Shown: positions 63,450-64,000 of the stretch, piece after piece | How positions within the stretch are numbered: position 1 is the first letter of the stretch | Layout: each line of letters opens with the position of its first letter | NCBI GenBank assembly: GCA_024137785.1 | Contig: JAHRHZ010000070.1 | Span: forward strand, 6,102,575-6,166,574 | DNA from: Ginglymostoma cirratum | Lineage: Eukaryota | Length of the DNA stretch: 64,000 nucleotides | Direction: 5' to 3' | Program-made: the position numbers and the translations under genes | Notes under the pieces: model-generated | What the model was told of the DNA's origin: nothing | Database searches by the model: none | The model's input: the letters and a program-made list of their open reading frames with translations, nothing else

Positions 63450-64000
63450 GAAAAAAACCCACTAGTTTGTAATAACACCATTAACAAAGTAGAGCATTCC
63501 AAATTCATTCACGTAAATGTTATCCAATAAAATTTGACACAGCCTCAAGGAGGTAGTTTTAAAAGAGCTAGGTAAGGTGGAATATTTTAGGGAGGATATT
63601 CCAGAGTTCAAGGGCATGGTAGCCGAGACATGGCTGCCAATAGTGGGGTGTTTAAAACTGGGCATGATCAAGAGGCCAGAATTGAGAATTTTGAGGTGGG
63701 CAGAGATTAGACACAAGGAGAAGTGAGGGCATGGAGAAATTTGAAAACAAGGGTGTGGTTAAAAACGGAGCAGTTGCCTAACTAGAAGCTTACCTGGGCC
63801 AGTAAACAGAGTTATGGATAAATGTAATTTGGTGCAAGTAGGGATATGGGTAGCAGAATTTGGGAGAACCAAAATGATGGAGAGTGGAATGTGAGCAAAG
63901 AAATAGAATGTTTAAATAGCTTTAGACTTAGCAAATGGAGTTGTTTCTGGCAGTGTGCAATAAGGTGATTTGTTTGTTCTGTGGTACGATGTTCGTCTTG
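63450..64000 (-). mobile_element. Degraded L2-clade LINE 3' region
   Basis: Minus-strand PTIGSHVSATMPLNSGISSLK-like L2 C-terminal peptide remnants. Confidence 0.5.

Overview
Eukaryotic genomic DNA, most likely from a shark. The HE1-type SINEs, CR1 LINEs with an esterase ORF1 and Penelope elements point to an elasmobranch; this is inference. The window holds most of one + strand multi-exon gene for a Numb-associated kinase, best called AAK1/AAK1-like. It runs from mid-kinase domain (HRDLKVEN, DFG, APE) through the Q/P/A-rich region to two alternative, phase-compatible last exons. The first is the short canonical ...LLVDQLIDL* exon at 43167-43261. The second is a ~1.2 kb BMP2K-tail-like exon at 61080-62275. 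The 5' exons lie upstream of the window. Introns are dense with CR1 and L2 LINEs, tRNA-derived SINEs, solo LTRs and Penelope-like elements. The most notable non-genic structures are a ~2 kb inverted Penelope insertion that forms an ~810 bp hairpin with a minimal hammerhead ribozyme in each arm, and short palindromic hammerhead-bearing mini-elements whose coding parent is also in the window. I see no evidence of a prokaryote-type novel system. Most ORFs in the supplied track are repeat-derived or spurious. Human AAK1 comparisons are from recalled sequence, not from an alignment run here.
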